From NCBI GenBank assembly GCA_002269645.1, contig NIVC01002102.1:62001-126000 (forward strand): a stretch of DNA of 64,000 bases, written 5' to 3'. How positions within the stretch are numbered: position 1 is the stretch's first letter; every line of letters starts with the position of its first letter. The translations under genes and the position numbers were made by a program. This document shows, piece by piece, positions 12,835 through 25,732 of this stretch. This DNA comes from Macrostomum lignano (Eukaryota). The notes under the pieces are model-generated. The model did not search any database. It was not told the origin of the DNA and saw nothing but the letters and a program-made list of their open reading frames with translations.

Positions 12835-13100
12835 CTCCAGCTTATTAATTTGCTTCCGCCATATTGCCGCTCTGCTTCAGCTGATTGATCGCCCGTGCTG
12901 GACTCTCTCCCGGCATGCCGGCCATCGATTGCCGGCCGTCTTATCTCTGAGGCTGAGGATGCAGCCAGTCTCATTATAACTGTGGCCCCCCCCGCCTCTC
13001 TGAGCAGCCTCTCAAGCTCGTCGGCGTCACCGCCTTTTTTCCGCCCCTCCGCCCCGTTCGCCCAGGTGCTTTGAGTACCGGAATTATCGCCTGTAATTAA
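12835..13100 (-). CDS. RGS: Candidate RGS exon of a distal isoform
   Basis: Long pyrimidine tract ending TTTTGCAG|TTA (phase 0), 266-nt open frame, TGG AG|GTGCGG (phase 2): fits between exon 16155 and exon 6289. Confidence 0.45.
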
Positions 13101-13509
13101 CTGCAAAAGCGGAGAGTGTAAGAGGATCACATCTCTCCCCCCCCTCTCTCTCTCTGCTCCGGCTACCCCCGCAACCCCGATTCCCGATTTATCCTTTGTG
13201 CCCCTTCTGCTCGAGCACGATCGGCATTTTCGCGGTCGAGCCGACAAAACTGTCAGCTTAGCGGGCAAGTTGATATACATGGATCTCTTTATAAAAAAAG
13301 TACCCCAGGTAATGATGAAGCTGTGCAGAGACCTATTCAATTCAGCCACCTCCCTCACTCGAGAAAAGAAGGTTAAAAGTTTCCAAGTATTGACCAGTAA
13401 GGAAAAGCCGTGACATCAAGTGACGAACTTCAAGTGACAGGGGCTGGTGCCAAATGGGAGCTGGGAGCTGCATTTGACGAGACTGCTAAACCCGGCGACT
13501 TGCTGAGGA

Positions 13510-14410
13510 GGGAGAGAAGAGAAGGGAGAGTAGAGAAAGGGGATCGAGTTGAGAGAGAGCAGAAAGAGGGGGAGAGAGGGGAGAGAGGAGAGAGAGAGGG
13601 GGTGAGAAGTGAGGGAAAGAAGGCAAGAGAGGGAAAAGAGAGGGGACAGAGGGGAGGGAGGGAAGAGAGTTGAGAGAGGGCAGAAAGAAGGAGAGAGAGG
13701 GGAGAAAATGCAGAGAGGGGAAAAAGAGGAGAAGGAGAGAGGGGGAGAGGGGAAAGAGAGCGGAGAGAGGAGAGAGAGCTGGGGAGAGAAGGCAGAGAGG
13801 GGAAAGAGAGGAGAGAGAGGTGGGGGAGAGAAGGCAGAGAGGGGAAAGAGAGGAGAGAGAGGTGGGGGAGAGAAGGCAGAGAGGGGAAAGAGAGGAGAGA
13901 GAGGTGGGGAGAGAAGGCAGAGAGGGGAAAGAGAGGAGAGAGAGGTGGGGGAGAGAAGGCAGAGAGGGGAAAGAGAGGAGAGAGAGGTGGGGAGAGAAGG
14001 CAGAGAGGGGAAAGAGAGGAGAGAGAGGTGGGGGAGAGAAGGCAGAGAGGGGAAAGAGGGGGAAGAGAGGGGAAGAGAGGGGAGGGAGGGGAAGAGAGTG
14101 GAAGAGAGGGGAGGGAGGGGGAGAGAGAGAGGAGAGAGAGAGAAGAGAGGAGGGAGGGAGGGGAGAGAGGGAGGGAGGGGGAGAGAGGGGAGGGGGTAGA
14201 GAGGGGAGGGAGGGGAAGAGAGTGGAAGAGAGGGGAGGGAGGGGAGAGAGGGGAGAGAGGGGAAGAGAGGGAGGGAGGGGGAGAGAGGGGAGAGAGGGGA
14301 AGAGAGGGAGGGAGGGGGAGAGATGGGGAGAGAGGGGAGGGAGGGGAAGAGAGTGGAAGAGAGGGGTGGGAGGGGAGAGAGGGGAGGGAGGGGGAGAGAG
14401 TGGAGAGAGG
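13510..14410. repeat. Polypurine (GA-rich) low-complexity tract
   Basis: Almost pure G/A with local 30-bp units. Confidence 0.92.
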
Positions 14411-15104
14411 AGCCACTAAGTTGTCAAGCCTCTCTGGCAGAAGCAACATTTACCAGCAAAAAGTGTACATTCAACAACAGGCAGAAATCATGCAGACTCT
14501 CAATCTGTGGAGTCAAATCTGTCCCATTATGAGCTGAAAAAAATATCGAACGATGTGTAGTGTAAAAAACATCTGAAATTTGAACAAAAAATGCTTCAGC
14601 TGTTCTACTAATGCACGGTCGTGGATGTCTTGATAAAATATCATAATACTCGTACTGCTGTAATAAGTTGGCAAATAGGTCCATTTAAACAAAAGTTCTG
14701 TCATAAAACTTTGTCGGAGTCTCGTCACGACCCACTTTATTATCTAGCAGGCAGTCAAGAAGACAATATAAGGAATCAGATCGCTAATCCTCCTCTAGTC
14801 CCTCTCTCGGTGGAATTAACCCAAGCATAAATAATTTATTGATATTAAAAAATCTTGAGGAACAGGGCTTTAGGATAGAGCATTACAGCTGCAACTTATC
14901 TGGGGGTAGATAGGCCTGCTGTAGATCAGCCTCAGAAATTGCAACACTCAAACAGGCTGCCAAGAAAGAACTACAGGGTGGGAAAGTTAAGTGACATCTG
15001 GCTGAGTGGCGAAATTCAAGATTAGCCAGGATTAGCTAAACGTTATAGGAAAAATATTGCTACAAATCTGGGATGAATGTGAAGATATGAAGGTGGCGAG
15101 GGAT

Positions 15105-16095
15105 ACAAAGGACAGCGCACAGTGGAGAGGGGTGTAGCGAGGGATAGAGAGGACAGTGGAGAAGGGATGTAACGAGGGATAGAGAGGACAGTGGAGAAGG
15201 GGTAGAGATGACAGTGTAGATAGAGGGATGTAGCAAGGGATAGAGAAGACAGTGTAGATAGAGGGGTGTAGCGAGGGATAGAGAGGACGGCGGAGAGGGG
15301 TGTAGCGAGGGATAGAGAGGACGGCGGAGAGGGGTGTAGCGAGGGATAGAGAGGACGGGGAGAGGGGTGTAGCGAGGGATAGAGAGGACGGCGGAGAGGG
15401 GTGTAGCGAGGGATAGAGAGGACGGCGGAGAGGGGTGTAGCGAGGGATAGAGAGGACGGCGGAGAGGGGTGTAGCGAGGGATAGAGAGGACGGCGGAGAG
15501 GGGTGTAGCGAGGGATAGAGAGGACGGCGGAGAGGGGTGTAGCGAGGGATAGAGAGGACGGCGGAGAGGGATGTAGCGAGGGATAGAGAGGACAGCGGAG
15601 AGGGGTGTAGCGAGGGATAGAGAGGACGGCGGAGAGGGGTGTAGCGAGGGATAGAGAGGACGGCGGAGAGGGGTGTAGCGAGGGATAGAGAGGACGGCGG
15701 AGAGGGGTGTAGCGAGGGATAGAGAGGACGGCGGAGAGGGGTGTAGCGAGGGATAGAGAGGACGGCGGAGAGGGGTGTAGCGAGGGATAGAGAGGACGGC
15801 GGAGAGGGGTGTAGCGAGGGATAGAGAGGACGGCGGAGAGGGATGTAGCGAGGGATAGAGAGGACAGCGGAGAGGGGTGTAGCGAGGGATAGAGAGGACG
15901 GCGGAGAGGGGTGTAGCGAGGGATAGAGAGGACGGCGGAGAGGGATGTAGCGAGGGATAGAGAGGACGGCGGAGAGGGGTGTAGCGAGGGATAGAGAGGA
16001 CGGCGGAGAGAGGTGTAGCGAAGGATAGAGAGGACAGCAGAGAGGTGTGTAGCGAGGGATAGAGAGGACGGCAGAGAGGTGTGTAAAAAAGAAAT
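15105..16095. repeat. 34-bp minisatellite (TGTAGCGAGGGATAGAGAGGACGGCGGAGAGGGG)n
   Basis: Direct inspection. Confidence 0.95.
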
Positions 16096-16154
16096 GGAGA
16101 GGAGATGGACAGAGCCGGTGAAAATGCAGAGGGAGATTGGAGGATTTGCCTTAC

Positions 16155-16349
16155 CTTTGCGGCTTCGTCAAACTCCGCGTCGCTGCAGCCGCCGGCCTCG
16201 TCGCCGCAATAGACGCCGCCATCGTCCGGTTTGGCGGCTGTTGACGCCGCCGTCAGGGCCGCGGCATCCTTGGCGGAGTCCTTGGAGAAAATTCTGACAG
16301 TTCGAATCACCGCCAGCCGCTTGCGCAACGGCGCCCAGGCCGCTTTGGG

Positions 16350-16380
<31 letters not shown>

Positions 16381-16424
16381 TCGCTGCCGGAGCCTCCGCC
16401 GTCAGCAGTGGAATTTGCCGACAT
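16155..16424 (-). CDS. RGS: Candidate first coding exon of distal RGS isoform (poly-Gly, basic amphipathic segment)
   Basis: MSANSTADGGG...WAPLRKRLAVIRTVRIFSK...DEAAK followed by AAG|GTAAGG (phase 0); GC-rich; same strand and upstream of the RGS exons. Confidence 0.6.
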
Positions 16425-17239
16425 TTGATTATGAAAAAGATCAAGCGACTCGAGCAGCCTCTCCTCAACCGATTAGCAACCGAACCGAATCCATTCAGGT
16501 TGAGACAACGACTTGGCGGGCTATTCTGTCTCTCTGTAGTGAAGTAGGAAAACTCCCAAGAAGATTTCTCAGCTCCTCCATCCCGTCTCGCCGTTTTCAT
16601 CCTTACTGAGCGGGCGGGGAGCAGCCCGAGGAGCTCACCTATTGGGCGGGGAGGAAGCTTTGTAAATAGCTTAAGCTGCACCGAGGATGCTGCACGGGCT
16701 CTCTGAGATAGTAAAAGGGTGGATGGGGCGGCGGAGGCGACGGTACAGCAAGGCAGTGGCGGCAGCAGCAGGACGGGAGGGTCGAGTCGAGCGCAGCAGA
16801 GAGTCGCCTGGGCATTGCACACGCAATCCGCTAATCCCCGAAACCTCCCGTCTGTCTGTCTGTCTCTCTCGAGTTGAAATCGAGCTCAATGCTGTGTGTG
16901 AGTCTCAGCAACTCGCAAAGCTTACGGCTGATTTAAAGGGGGGCGGGGTGGAGCAGCCGAGATAGGTGCAACAGGAGCGGCCGCCTGCTGCACGAGTCTG
17001 CAAAACAGAGTAAGGGATAAAGAGGGAGAGGATTTTCTTTAGGAAAATATTCCCCTTGTCTGTTTTCGCCGCGGCAACGACAAGCTGGCGAGCCTGTGAG
17101 CAGGGATTTTCCGCTAAAATATTCCCCTCAATGTTTTTACACAACTGTCTGACCGCTGTTGACCCTCTGCCTCGATTGCGACTGAATTTGCTCCCGCGTT
17201 TATTATCCTACTGCTGATGGGGCACTTTTGCACCACTGC

Positions 17240-18415
17240 CATTCTCCTCTCAGCATCTCTCCGCCTCTCTCCCTCTCCCCTTTCATCACCTTCCCACTCC
17301 CCTCTCTCCCTCTCCTTTTCTCCGCCTTCCCTCTTCCCTCTCTCTTACTCTCACTCTCACTCTCCCCTCTCTCTCACTCTCCCCTCTCTCTCACTCTCCC
17401 CTCTCTCTCACTCTCCCCTCTCTCTCACTCTCCCCTCTCTCTCACTCTCCCCTCTCTCTCACTCTCCCCTCTCTCTCACTCTCCCCTCTCTCTCACTCTC
17501 CCCTCTCTCTCACTCTCCCCTCTCTCTCACTCTCCCCCCTCTCTCCCTCTCCCCTTTCATCACCTTCCCACTCCCCCTCTCTCCCTCTCCTTTTTCTCCG
17601 CCTTCCCGCTCTCCCTCTCTCCCTCTCCCCTCTCTCCCTCTCTCATTTCTCCAGCTTCCCTCTTCCCTCTCTCTCACTCTCCCTCTCCCTTTCCCCTCCC
17701 TCTCCCTCTCCCCTCTCTCACTCTCCCCTCTCTCTCACTCTCCCCTCTCTCTCACTCTCCCTCTCCCTTTCCCCTCCCTCTCCCTCTCCCCTCTCTCACT
17801 CTCCCCTCTCTCTCACTCTCCCCTCTCTCTCACTCTCCCCTCTCTCTCACTCTCCCCTCTCTCTCACTCTCCCCTCTCTCTCACTCTCCCCTCTCTCTCA
17901 CTCTCCCTCTCCCTCTCCCCTCTCTCTCACTCTCCCCTCTCTCTCACTCTCCCCTCTCTCTCACTCTCCCCTCTCTCTCACTCTCCCCTCTCTCTCACTC
18001 TCCCTCTCCCTCTCCCCTCTCTCTCACTCTCCCCTCTCTCTCACTCTCCCTCTCCCTCTCCCCTCTCTCTCTCACTCTCCCCTCTCTCTCACTCTCCCTC
18101 TCCCTCTCCCTCTGCCCTCTCTCTCACTCTCCCCTCTCTCTCACTCTCCCTCTCCCTCTCCCCTCTCTCTCACTCTCCCTCTCTCCCTCTCCCTCTCTCT
18201 CTCCCCTCTCTCTCACTCTCCCTCTCCCTCTCCCTCTCCCCTCTCTCTCACCTTCCCTCTCCCTCTCCCCTCTCTCTCTCACTCTCCCTCTACCCTCTCC
18301 CCTCTCTCTATCTCCCGTTTCTCCGCCTTCCTACTCTCCCTCTCTCTCACTCTCCCTCTCTCTCATTCTGCCTCTCTCCCTCTCCCCTCTCACCTATCTC
18401 CCTTCCCTCCTTTCC
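17240..18415. repeat. Polypyrimidine tract, core 17-bp (CTCTCTCTCACTCTCCC)n
   Basis: Direct inspection. Confidence 0.93.
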
Positions 18416-18957
18416 GCACTCAAGGATTAACTCTTGACCCTGGCCAAACTCATAAGAGTAGTTACTTTTAGTAAGCTAGTTAGCAAGAGTCTGACGCCCT
18501 GATACAGTATTCGTCTCGTTATCGATTCATTTTTTCTTAGGGTCGCCAGCTCAGCCAGTAGTACCTACTACAATAAAAGTACTCTAAGGATGAAGAGAAA
18601 GGGCCAAAGACCAAGCAGGCAATTAAGTAAGCTGCCGCACCTGCCGTCAACCCCATTTATAAAGGCTAAGCGGCACCTTAGAATGCAGTTGTTATTTTTA
18701 GCATACCTCTATTAGCCGGGCACTGCAGGGCTCAATTGATTACCAATATGCTGGTGAATCTCTTTGCTCGTCCTCTGACTACTGAGTTGACTTACCTGTA
18801 TGAAGGAAGCTGAGTAGGGTTGCCAGCAGCTTTGCTATCGGCTGCGTGACCAACAAGTTCACAGCTCCTTGTATCACACTATTCACCAAAATATCAGCAT
18901 ATTATCAAAATTGATTCGCCGAACCGCCCACTCTTTCACCCACACTGTAGTCATGTT

Positions 18958-19827
18958 CACCAAACTATCAGCTTATTCACCAAACTGCCACCCTATTCAC
19001 CAAACTGCCACCCTATTCACCAAACTGCTACCCTATTCACCAAACTGCCACCCTATTCACCAAACTGCCACCCTATTCACCAAACTGCCACCCTATTCAC
19101 CAAACTGCTACCCTATTCACCAAACTGCCACCCTATTCACTAAACTGCCACCCTATTCACCAAACTGCCACCCTATTCACTAAACTGCCACCCTATTCAC
19201 CAAACTGCCACCCTATTCACTAAACTGCCACCCTATTCACTAAACTGCCACCCTATTCACTAAACTGCCACCCTATTCACTAAACTGCCACCCTATTCAC
19301 TAAACTGCCACCCTATTCACCAAACTGCCACCCTATTCACTAAACTGCCACCCTATTCACCAAACTGCTACCCTATTCACTAAACTGCCACCCTATTCAC
19401 TAAACTGCCACCCTATTCACTAAGCTGCCACCCTATTCACTAAACTGCCACCCTATTCACCAAACTGCCACCCTATTCACTAAACTGCCACCCTATTCAC
19501 CAAACTGCCACCCTATTCACTAAACTGCCACCCTATTCACCAAACTGCTACCCTATTCACTAAACTGCCACCCTATTCACTAAACTGCCACCCTATTCAC
19601 TAAACTGCCACCCTATTCACTAAACTGCCGCCTTATTGATTAAACTTCACCCTATTCACCAAACTGCCACCCTATTCACTAAACTGCCACCCTATTCACT
19701 AAACTTCCACCCTATTCACTAAACTGCCACCCTATTCACTAAACTGCCACCCTATTCACTAAACTGCCACCCTATTCACCAAACTGCCACCCTATTCACC
19801 AAACTGCCACCCTAGTCAACAAACTGC
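18958..19827. repeat. 20-bp minisatellite (CAAACTGCCACCCTATTCAC)n
   Basis: Direct inspection. Confidence 0.95.
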
Positions 19828-20204
19828 CAGCCGGACTCCGCAGCCCATCAAATGTCCCCAGTCTGCCTGCCTGCTGGTTGGTCACGTGATGCCTAAATCT
19901 TCTCAATCCGGCAGTGATTAGTGAAGACAGTTTTTGAGCTCAACTTTTTCGAACATCCGCTTTTTCCGGGTGGTGGAGTGCAATCTGCGAGCAGCGGAAG
20001 CAGAGAGGCTGGCAAGCCTCATCAATAATCACGCTACTAGCTGCTGCCGACCGCTGTCTTCTTTCTAGGAACTCTTAATCCGCACGGATTTTGATAAAAA
20101 TGGAAAAAAATCTTTTGATCCTATGGGACGGTACGCATGTATTAAAAGCATTCCATTTCCACTTTTCCTCAACCACAAAAAATTTCTAGGCGATCTAATC
20201 TAAA

Positions 20205-20660
20205 TCTACTCCAATCTACTCTAACCTACTCCAACCTACTCCAACCTACTCTAACCTACTCTAACCTACTCCAACCTACTCCAACCTACTCCAACCTACT
20301 CCAACCTACTCCAACCTACTCCAACCTACTCCAACCTACTCCAACCTACTCCAACCTACTCCAACCTACTCCAACCTACTCCAACCTACTCCAACCTACT
20401 CCAACCTACTCCAACCTACTCCAACTTACTCCAACCTACTCCAACCTACTCCAACCTACTGCAACTTACTCCAACCTATTTTATCTTATTCCAACCTACT
20501 CCAACCTAATCCAACCTACTCTAGCCTACTCTAGCCTACTCCAACCTACTTTAACTTAATCCAACCTACTCCAACCTTACTCCAACCTACTCCAACGTTA
20601 CTCCAACCTACTCCAACCTACTCTAACCTTGCTCTAACTTACTTCAACTTACTCTAACTA
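20205..20660. repeat. 10-bp minisatellite (CCAACCTACT)n with degenerate right flank
   Basis: Direct inspection. Confidence 0.93.
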
Positions 20661-21689
20661 ACTTTAAAAAACCACTCCAATATACTCTAAACAACTCCAA
20701 ACTACTTTAAACTACTCCTACTTATTCTAGACTACTCTAGCCGAACTCAAAACTATTCAAACCTACTCTAAACTACTCAAATTTAGCTTTAACCTATTCG
20801 TAGCTACTCAACCCTCCTTTAACAACCTGCTCTAAACTACTCTTAACTACTCAAAACTACCCTAAACTACTCCAATCTACACCAAATAAATCTGACATAC
20901 TCCATACTTCAAATTTTGGTCTTTTAGTAACTCCCAGTGAACTTCCTTGTAACTCCCCACATGCATACACTAGTACAACCTTCGAGAAAATAGCATTTTA
21001 TACTCTCTAAAAGTCTACTAAAATATTTCAGTAATAAAATGCAATGCCGTCGCTGGGGAGAAGTGAAAGACAAAGTCTTAAAATATCCGGTCAAGTAATT
21101 GACTTCATTATAAACAAGGAACTGTACGAATTGGCGAAAGATGCCCGTTGGGAATCAGTGGGCGGGCGGAGGCGAGGCTGGCTGGGTGGGGTCCCCAAGT
21201 CCGTGATATCGCCTCTCACGCGGTCGAACAGTCGAGGAGAGGAGAAGCAGAGGAGGTCAGGTTCAGTCTGATATAGATGCACTGATACGCGCGCCCTCAG
21301 GCCTGGGGGGGGGTGGCACAAAGGAAAATTACATCAAAGCGACTCCCCCTTGTGTGCCCGCGCCTCATGCCTTCATGGAGACACCGCCTGCTCTCTGCCC
21401 ACCAGCAGCTCGGCCATGCACTGAAGACTTGACTTGCCTTCGGCTCTATTTGGCCGGCTCAGCACCCTCATTCATCTCTTTGTCCATCTATTCTCCTCCC
21501 AATACAGCTCCTGAGCCCCTTAGCCTCGTGCTAAGGCATTTTTTAAAGATCATAATAGAAACTATTCTCATGTCCAGCGCTCCTTTTGTTTACCTTTGCT
21601 GCCCGCCCGCTCCGGGATTCCGCTCCGCCTGGCTTTGTCTCTCTTTCTCTGTTTCACCGCCTGCCCGCTCTCGCCCACTGTAATATATT

Positions 21690-22210
21690 CCTTCTCACTT
21701 CTCTCCCTGTCTCTCCTCTCCTATCAACCTCTATAGCCCTCCTGCCCTCTCTCACTCTCCCTGTCTCTCCTCTCCTATCAACCTCTATAGCCCTCCTGCC
21801 CTCTCTCTCCCTCTCTCACTCTCCCTGTCTCTCCTCTCCTATCAACCTCTATAGCCCTCCTGCCCTCTCCCTCTCTCACTCTCCCTGTCTCTCCTTCCTA
21901 TCAACCTCTATAGCCCCCCTGCCCTCTCTCCCCTCTCTCACTCTCCCTGTCTCTCCTTCCTATCAACCTCTATAGCCCTCCTGTCGTCTCTCCCTCTCTA
22001 CCTCTCCCCTCTCTCCGTCTCTCTTCTCTCCCTCTTCTCTCTCTCCCTCTCCCTCTTTCCCTCTTTCCCTCTCCCCTCTCTCCGTCTCTCATCTCTTATT
22101 TTCTCTTCTCTCCCTCTCCCTTCTCTCCCTCTCCCATCTCTGCCTCTCCCCTCTCTTCCTCTCCCCTCTCTCCTCTCTCCCTCTCTCCCTTCCTCTCTCC
22201 CCCTCCTTCC
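21690..22210. repeat. CT-rich repeat (about 55-bp units) grading into a pure CT tract
   Basis: Recurrent TATCAACCTCTATAGCCCTCCTGCCCT. Confidence 0.85.
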
Positions 22211-22777
22211 TCAAGACTGTTTCTCATATCCCTCTCACAACTTTGCATTAATTTTAAATACAATCTGCTTCTACCACGGTAGAAATTTAACTATCCTCTA
22301 AAGTCGTTTCTCTCACACGTACCGGACTTTGCCCGTCTGTAAACGACGTACGTTGATTAAATTGTATTAATGCTGAAATTATTTTTTGAAGACTCTACTC
22401 AAACGCTTTAGAAAAACAGTAGTCTAATACGCATTTTTTATTTAACAGAAATCAAGGCGAGAAGAGATGTCTGGCAGCTGTGCACCAGTTAATTTATTCT
22501 ATTTTGAGCACAAGAAGCCGCTTGCAATTGCATTTATTTTACAAGTGCTCACAGGACTTCCGTTGGTGTAACTCATCTAGCCAAGGCACGAGTTCCCGCG
22601 GGAGATGGTCCAATTTCCTTCGCTCCATACGTCTCTCGAATCCAGCTCTCGTCCCTTGGAAACCAGCGAATTACGTATCCGTTTCACACTGCCCATTGCT
22701 AATTTCCGTCATCTGAATTACAGTTTGCCTGTTTACGAGTCTAGTGAAAGTGCAAGGCCATTTTGTGTCGGACTGAC

Positions 22778-23915
22778 CTGTTCATTAGACTGTGCTAGCC
22801 TGTTCATTAGACTGTGCTAGCCTGTTCATTAGACTGTGCTAGCCTGTTCATCATACTGTGCTAGCCTATTCATTAGACTGTGCTAGCCTGTTCATTTGAC
22901 TGTGCTAGCCTGTTCATTCGACTGTGCTAGCCTGTTCATTAGACTGTGCTAGCCTGTTCATTAGACTGTTCTAGCCTGTTCATTAGACTGTGCTAGCCTG
23001 TTCATCATACTGTGCTAGCCTATTCATTAGACTGTGCTAGCCTGTTCATTTGACTGTGCTAGCCTGTTCATTCGACTGTGCTAGCCTGTTCATTAGACTG
23101 TGCTAGCCTGTTCATTAGACTGTGCTAGCCAGTTCATTAGACTGTGCTAGCCTATTCATCATACTGTGCTAGCCTGTTTATTAGACTATGCTAGCCAGTT
23201 CATTAGACTGTGCTAGCCAGTTCATCATACTGTGCTAGCCAGTTCATTAGACTGTGCTAGCCTGTTCATTAGACTGTGCTAGCCTGTTCATTAGACTGTG
23301 CTAGCCTGTTCATTAGACTGTGCTAGCCTGTTCATTAGACTGTGCTAGCCTGTTCATTAGACTGTGCTAGCCAGTTCATTAGACTGTGCTAGCCTGTTCA
23401 TTAGACTGTGCTAGCCTGTTCATTAGACTGTGCTAGCCTGTTCATTAGACTGTGCTAGCCTGTTCATTAGACTGTGCTAGCCTGTTCATTAGACTGTGCT
23501 AGCCTGTTCATTAGACTGTGCTAGCCTGTTCATTAGACTGTGCTAGCCTGTTCATTAGACTGTGCTAGCCTGTTCATTAGACTGTGCTAGCCTGTTCATT
23601 AGACTGTGCTAGCCTGTTCATTAGACTGTGCTAGCCTGTTCATTAGACTGTGCTAGCCTGTTCATTAGACTGTGCTAGCCTGTTCATTAGACTGTGCTAG
23701 CCTGTTCATTAGACTGTGCTAGCCTGTTCATTAGACTGTGCTAGCCTGTTCATTAGACTGTGCTAGCCTGTTCATTAGACTGTGCTAGCCTGTTCATTAG
23801 ACTGTGCTAACCAGTTCATTACAAGTAGACTGTGCTAGCCTGTTCATTAGACTGTGCTAGCCTGTTCATTAGACTGTGCTAGCCTGTTCATTAGACTGTG
23901 CTAGCCTGTTCATTA
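22778..23915. repeat. 22-bp minisatellite (TGTTCATTAGACTGTGCTAGCC)n
   Basis: Direct inspection. Confidence 0.95.
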
Positions 23916-24538
23916 GGTCTCAACAGATGCTTCAGTTGCCTACGGATTTGCATATAAAACCAAGCAGACCAGCTTTCCACAGAGTTTTGACTTTGTCACG
24001 ATGTGGTAAACGGTTGCACCTGAGCAATTATTTTACTGTTTGCCCACGCAAGCAAAGTAAGGTGAAGAGGCTTAAGGGTTTCTCCCTACGGCTGGGGCAC
24101 TGTAACAATATGGGAAGCTGCCGCGCTTTTCCTGATGAGCCAAGCAAAAAATCGATCACTACAGGGAGTCACCTGCCTCGGAGGCTGGAGGGAGATCGGC
24201 ATGTGCACCATTTAGTGAAACAAAGTTGCAGTCCATCAAGCAAAACAGCTTTTTATTGCTAATTACTACAGCATGATAGTACTAATGCTCAAGGTAGTCA
24301 AACGCCAAAAAAAGTTAGCCCGCCGAGCAAAGGAATGGAGTAACTCTATCTCTTGCCGTGGCACGACACCGAACAAAGGAAGGAATAAAAAGTGATAGCA
24401 TAAAGAACATGATACGAATGCTTTTTGTGGAATTACACATCAGGCCTTGGGCAGTGAGGAGGCAAGCCGTCACGCTCAAAGATACGCTTCCAGGCACAAC
24501 GCTCCCGTAGGGTGTACAAAGGCCCTGACTTTCTCAGA

Positions 24539-24662
24539 GGGGTTGTAGCCTAGTGGTGAGAGCGTCGGACTCATGACTGAAAGGTCGGGGGTTCGATTCC
24601 CGATCCACTCGGAACAGTTAATGTCATTGAGCAAGCTGAGCTGTCGGTTGCACATCTGCCCG
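24539..24662 (+). mobile_element. tRNA-derived SINE copy A (internally deleted)
   Basis: A-box TAGCCTAGTGG, B-box GGTTCGATTCC, Met-like CAT loop, broken acceptor stem; jumps from CORE start (TTGAGCAA) to the 3' part (GCTGAGCTGTCGGTTGCACA) shared with copies B and C. Confidence 0.8.
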
Positions 24663-24663
24663 T

Positions 24664-25027
24664 TAGATATTAGAGATCTTTGCTTAGAGATTAGAGATCT
24701 GTGATTAGAGATTAGAGATCTGTGATTAGAAATTAGAGATCTGTGATTAGAGATCTGTGATTAAAGATTAGAGATTTGTGATTAGAGATCTGTTTAAAGA
24801 TCTGTGATTAGAGATCTGTGATTAGAGATCTGTGATTAGAGATCTGTTTAAAGATCTGTGATTAGAGATCTGTGATTAGAGATCTGTGATTAGAGATCTG
24901 TGATTAGAGATTAGAGATATGTGATTAGAGATCTGTGATTAGAAATTAGAGATCTGTGATTAGAGATATGTGATAAGAGATTAGAGATCTGTGATTAGAG
25001 ATTAGAGATCTGTGATTAGAGATTAGA
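24664..25027. repeat. 14-bp minisatellite (GATTAGAGATCTGT)n
   Basis: Starts immediately at the 3' end of SINE copy A. Confidence 0.9.
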
Positions 25028-25732
25028 GAACTCTCAAAGATGCACACACATTGCGTCGATTTTGCGTCGATTTAGCATCGTATACAAAAGGCCCCGGTTT
25101 AGAACGAGCACGAGGACATCTACAAGTGCAGGCCAACCAACCACTGAGACTCAGAAACCGCCGTTCTGCGGCTTTGGGGCTGCTCAACACAGGGGCAGGA
25201 AGGGCAACTGCGACTGGAAAAGTGAGACGGGCCTGAAGTGTGCGGAGCAGAAGGGATTGGCGGGTTGGGATTTTGCAGATAGAGGGGGAGAGAGCGGAGA
25301 AGCACCGAGAACCCCCCCCCCCTAGTCCAGCAATCGCGAAGTGAAGAGCGCACAAAAACGAAGACGACAACCTGAAAAATTGGAAGAGCCGAAAAGAAAT
25401 CAGTTTGCCAGCCATCGCCGACTGGAGCGCACTTTTGGCCACTTGCTGCCGGCCGCTCCCTCCTGGCAATCCACTTTTCCCGACAGCGCTTCTCCCCCGC
25501 GGCGCCCAAAACTGTTCGAACAAGGGGAAAAACTTCCCTCTTTTTCGTCCCCCCGCCTGGCGCCAGTTCATTTCAACACCAGGGCCAGCCAAGTTCGAGT
25601 CTGAGCTGACGAGAAACAAGAAAAAAGCCAAATGCCAGTCTTCGCTGCGGTCTGTCAACTACTTGCTGAAAGCTGCCTGACGCCACTGTGACTCCCGAGT
25701 CAAACAACGGCAGATTGACCCGCAGACACTAA

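Noticed and set aside
24539-24612. tRNA-Met(CAT) gene
   Set aside because: Acceptor stem (GGGGTTG vs TCCACTC) mostly unpaired, anticodon stem imperfect, and it continues into sequence shared with two SINE copies.
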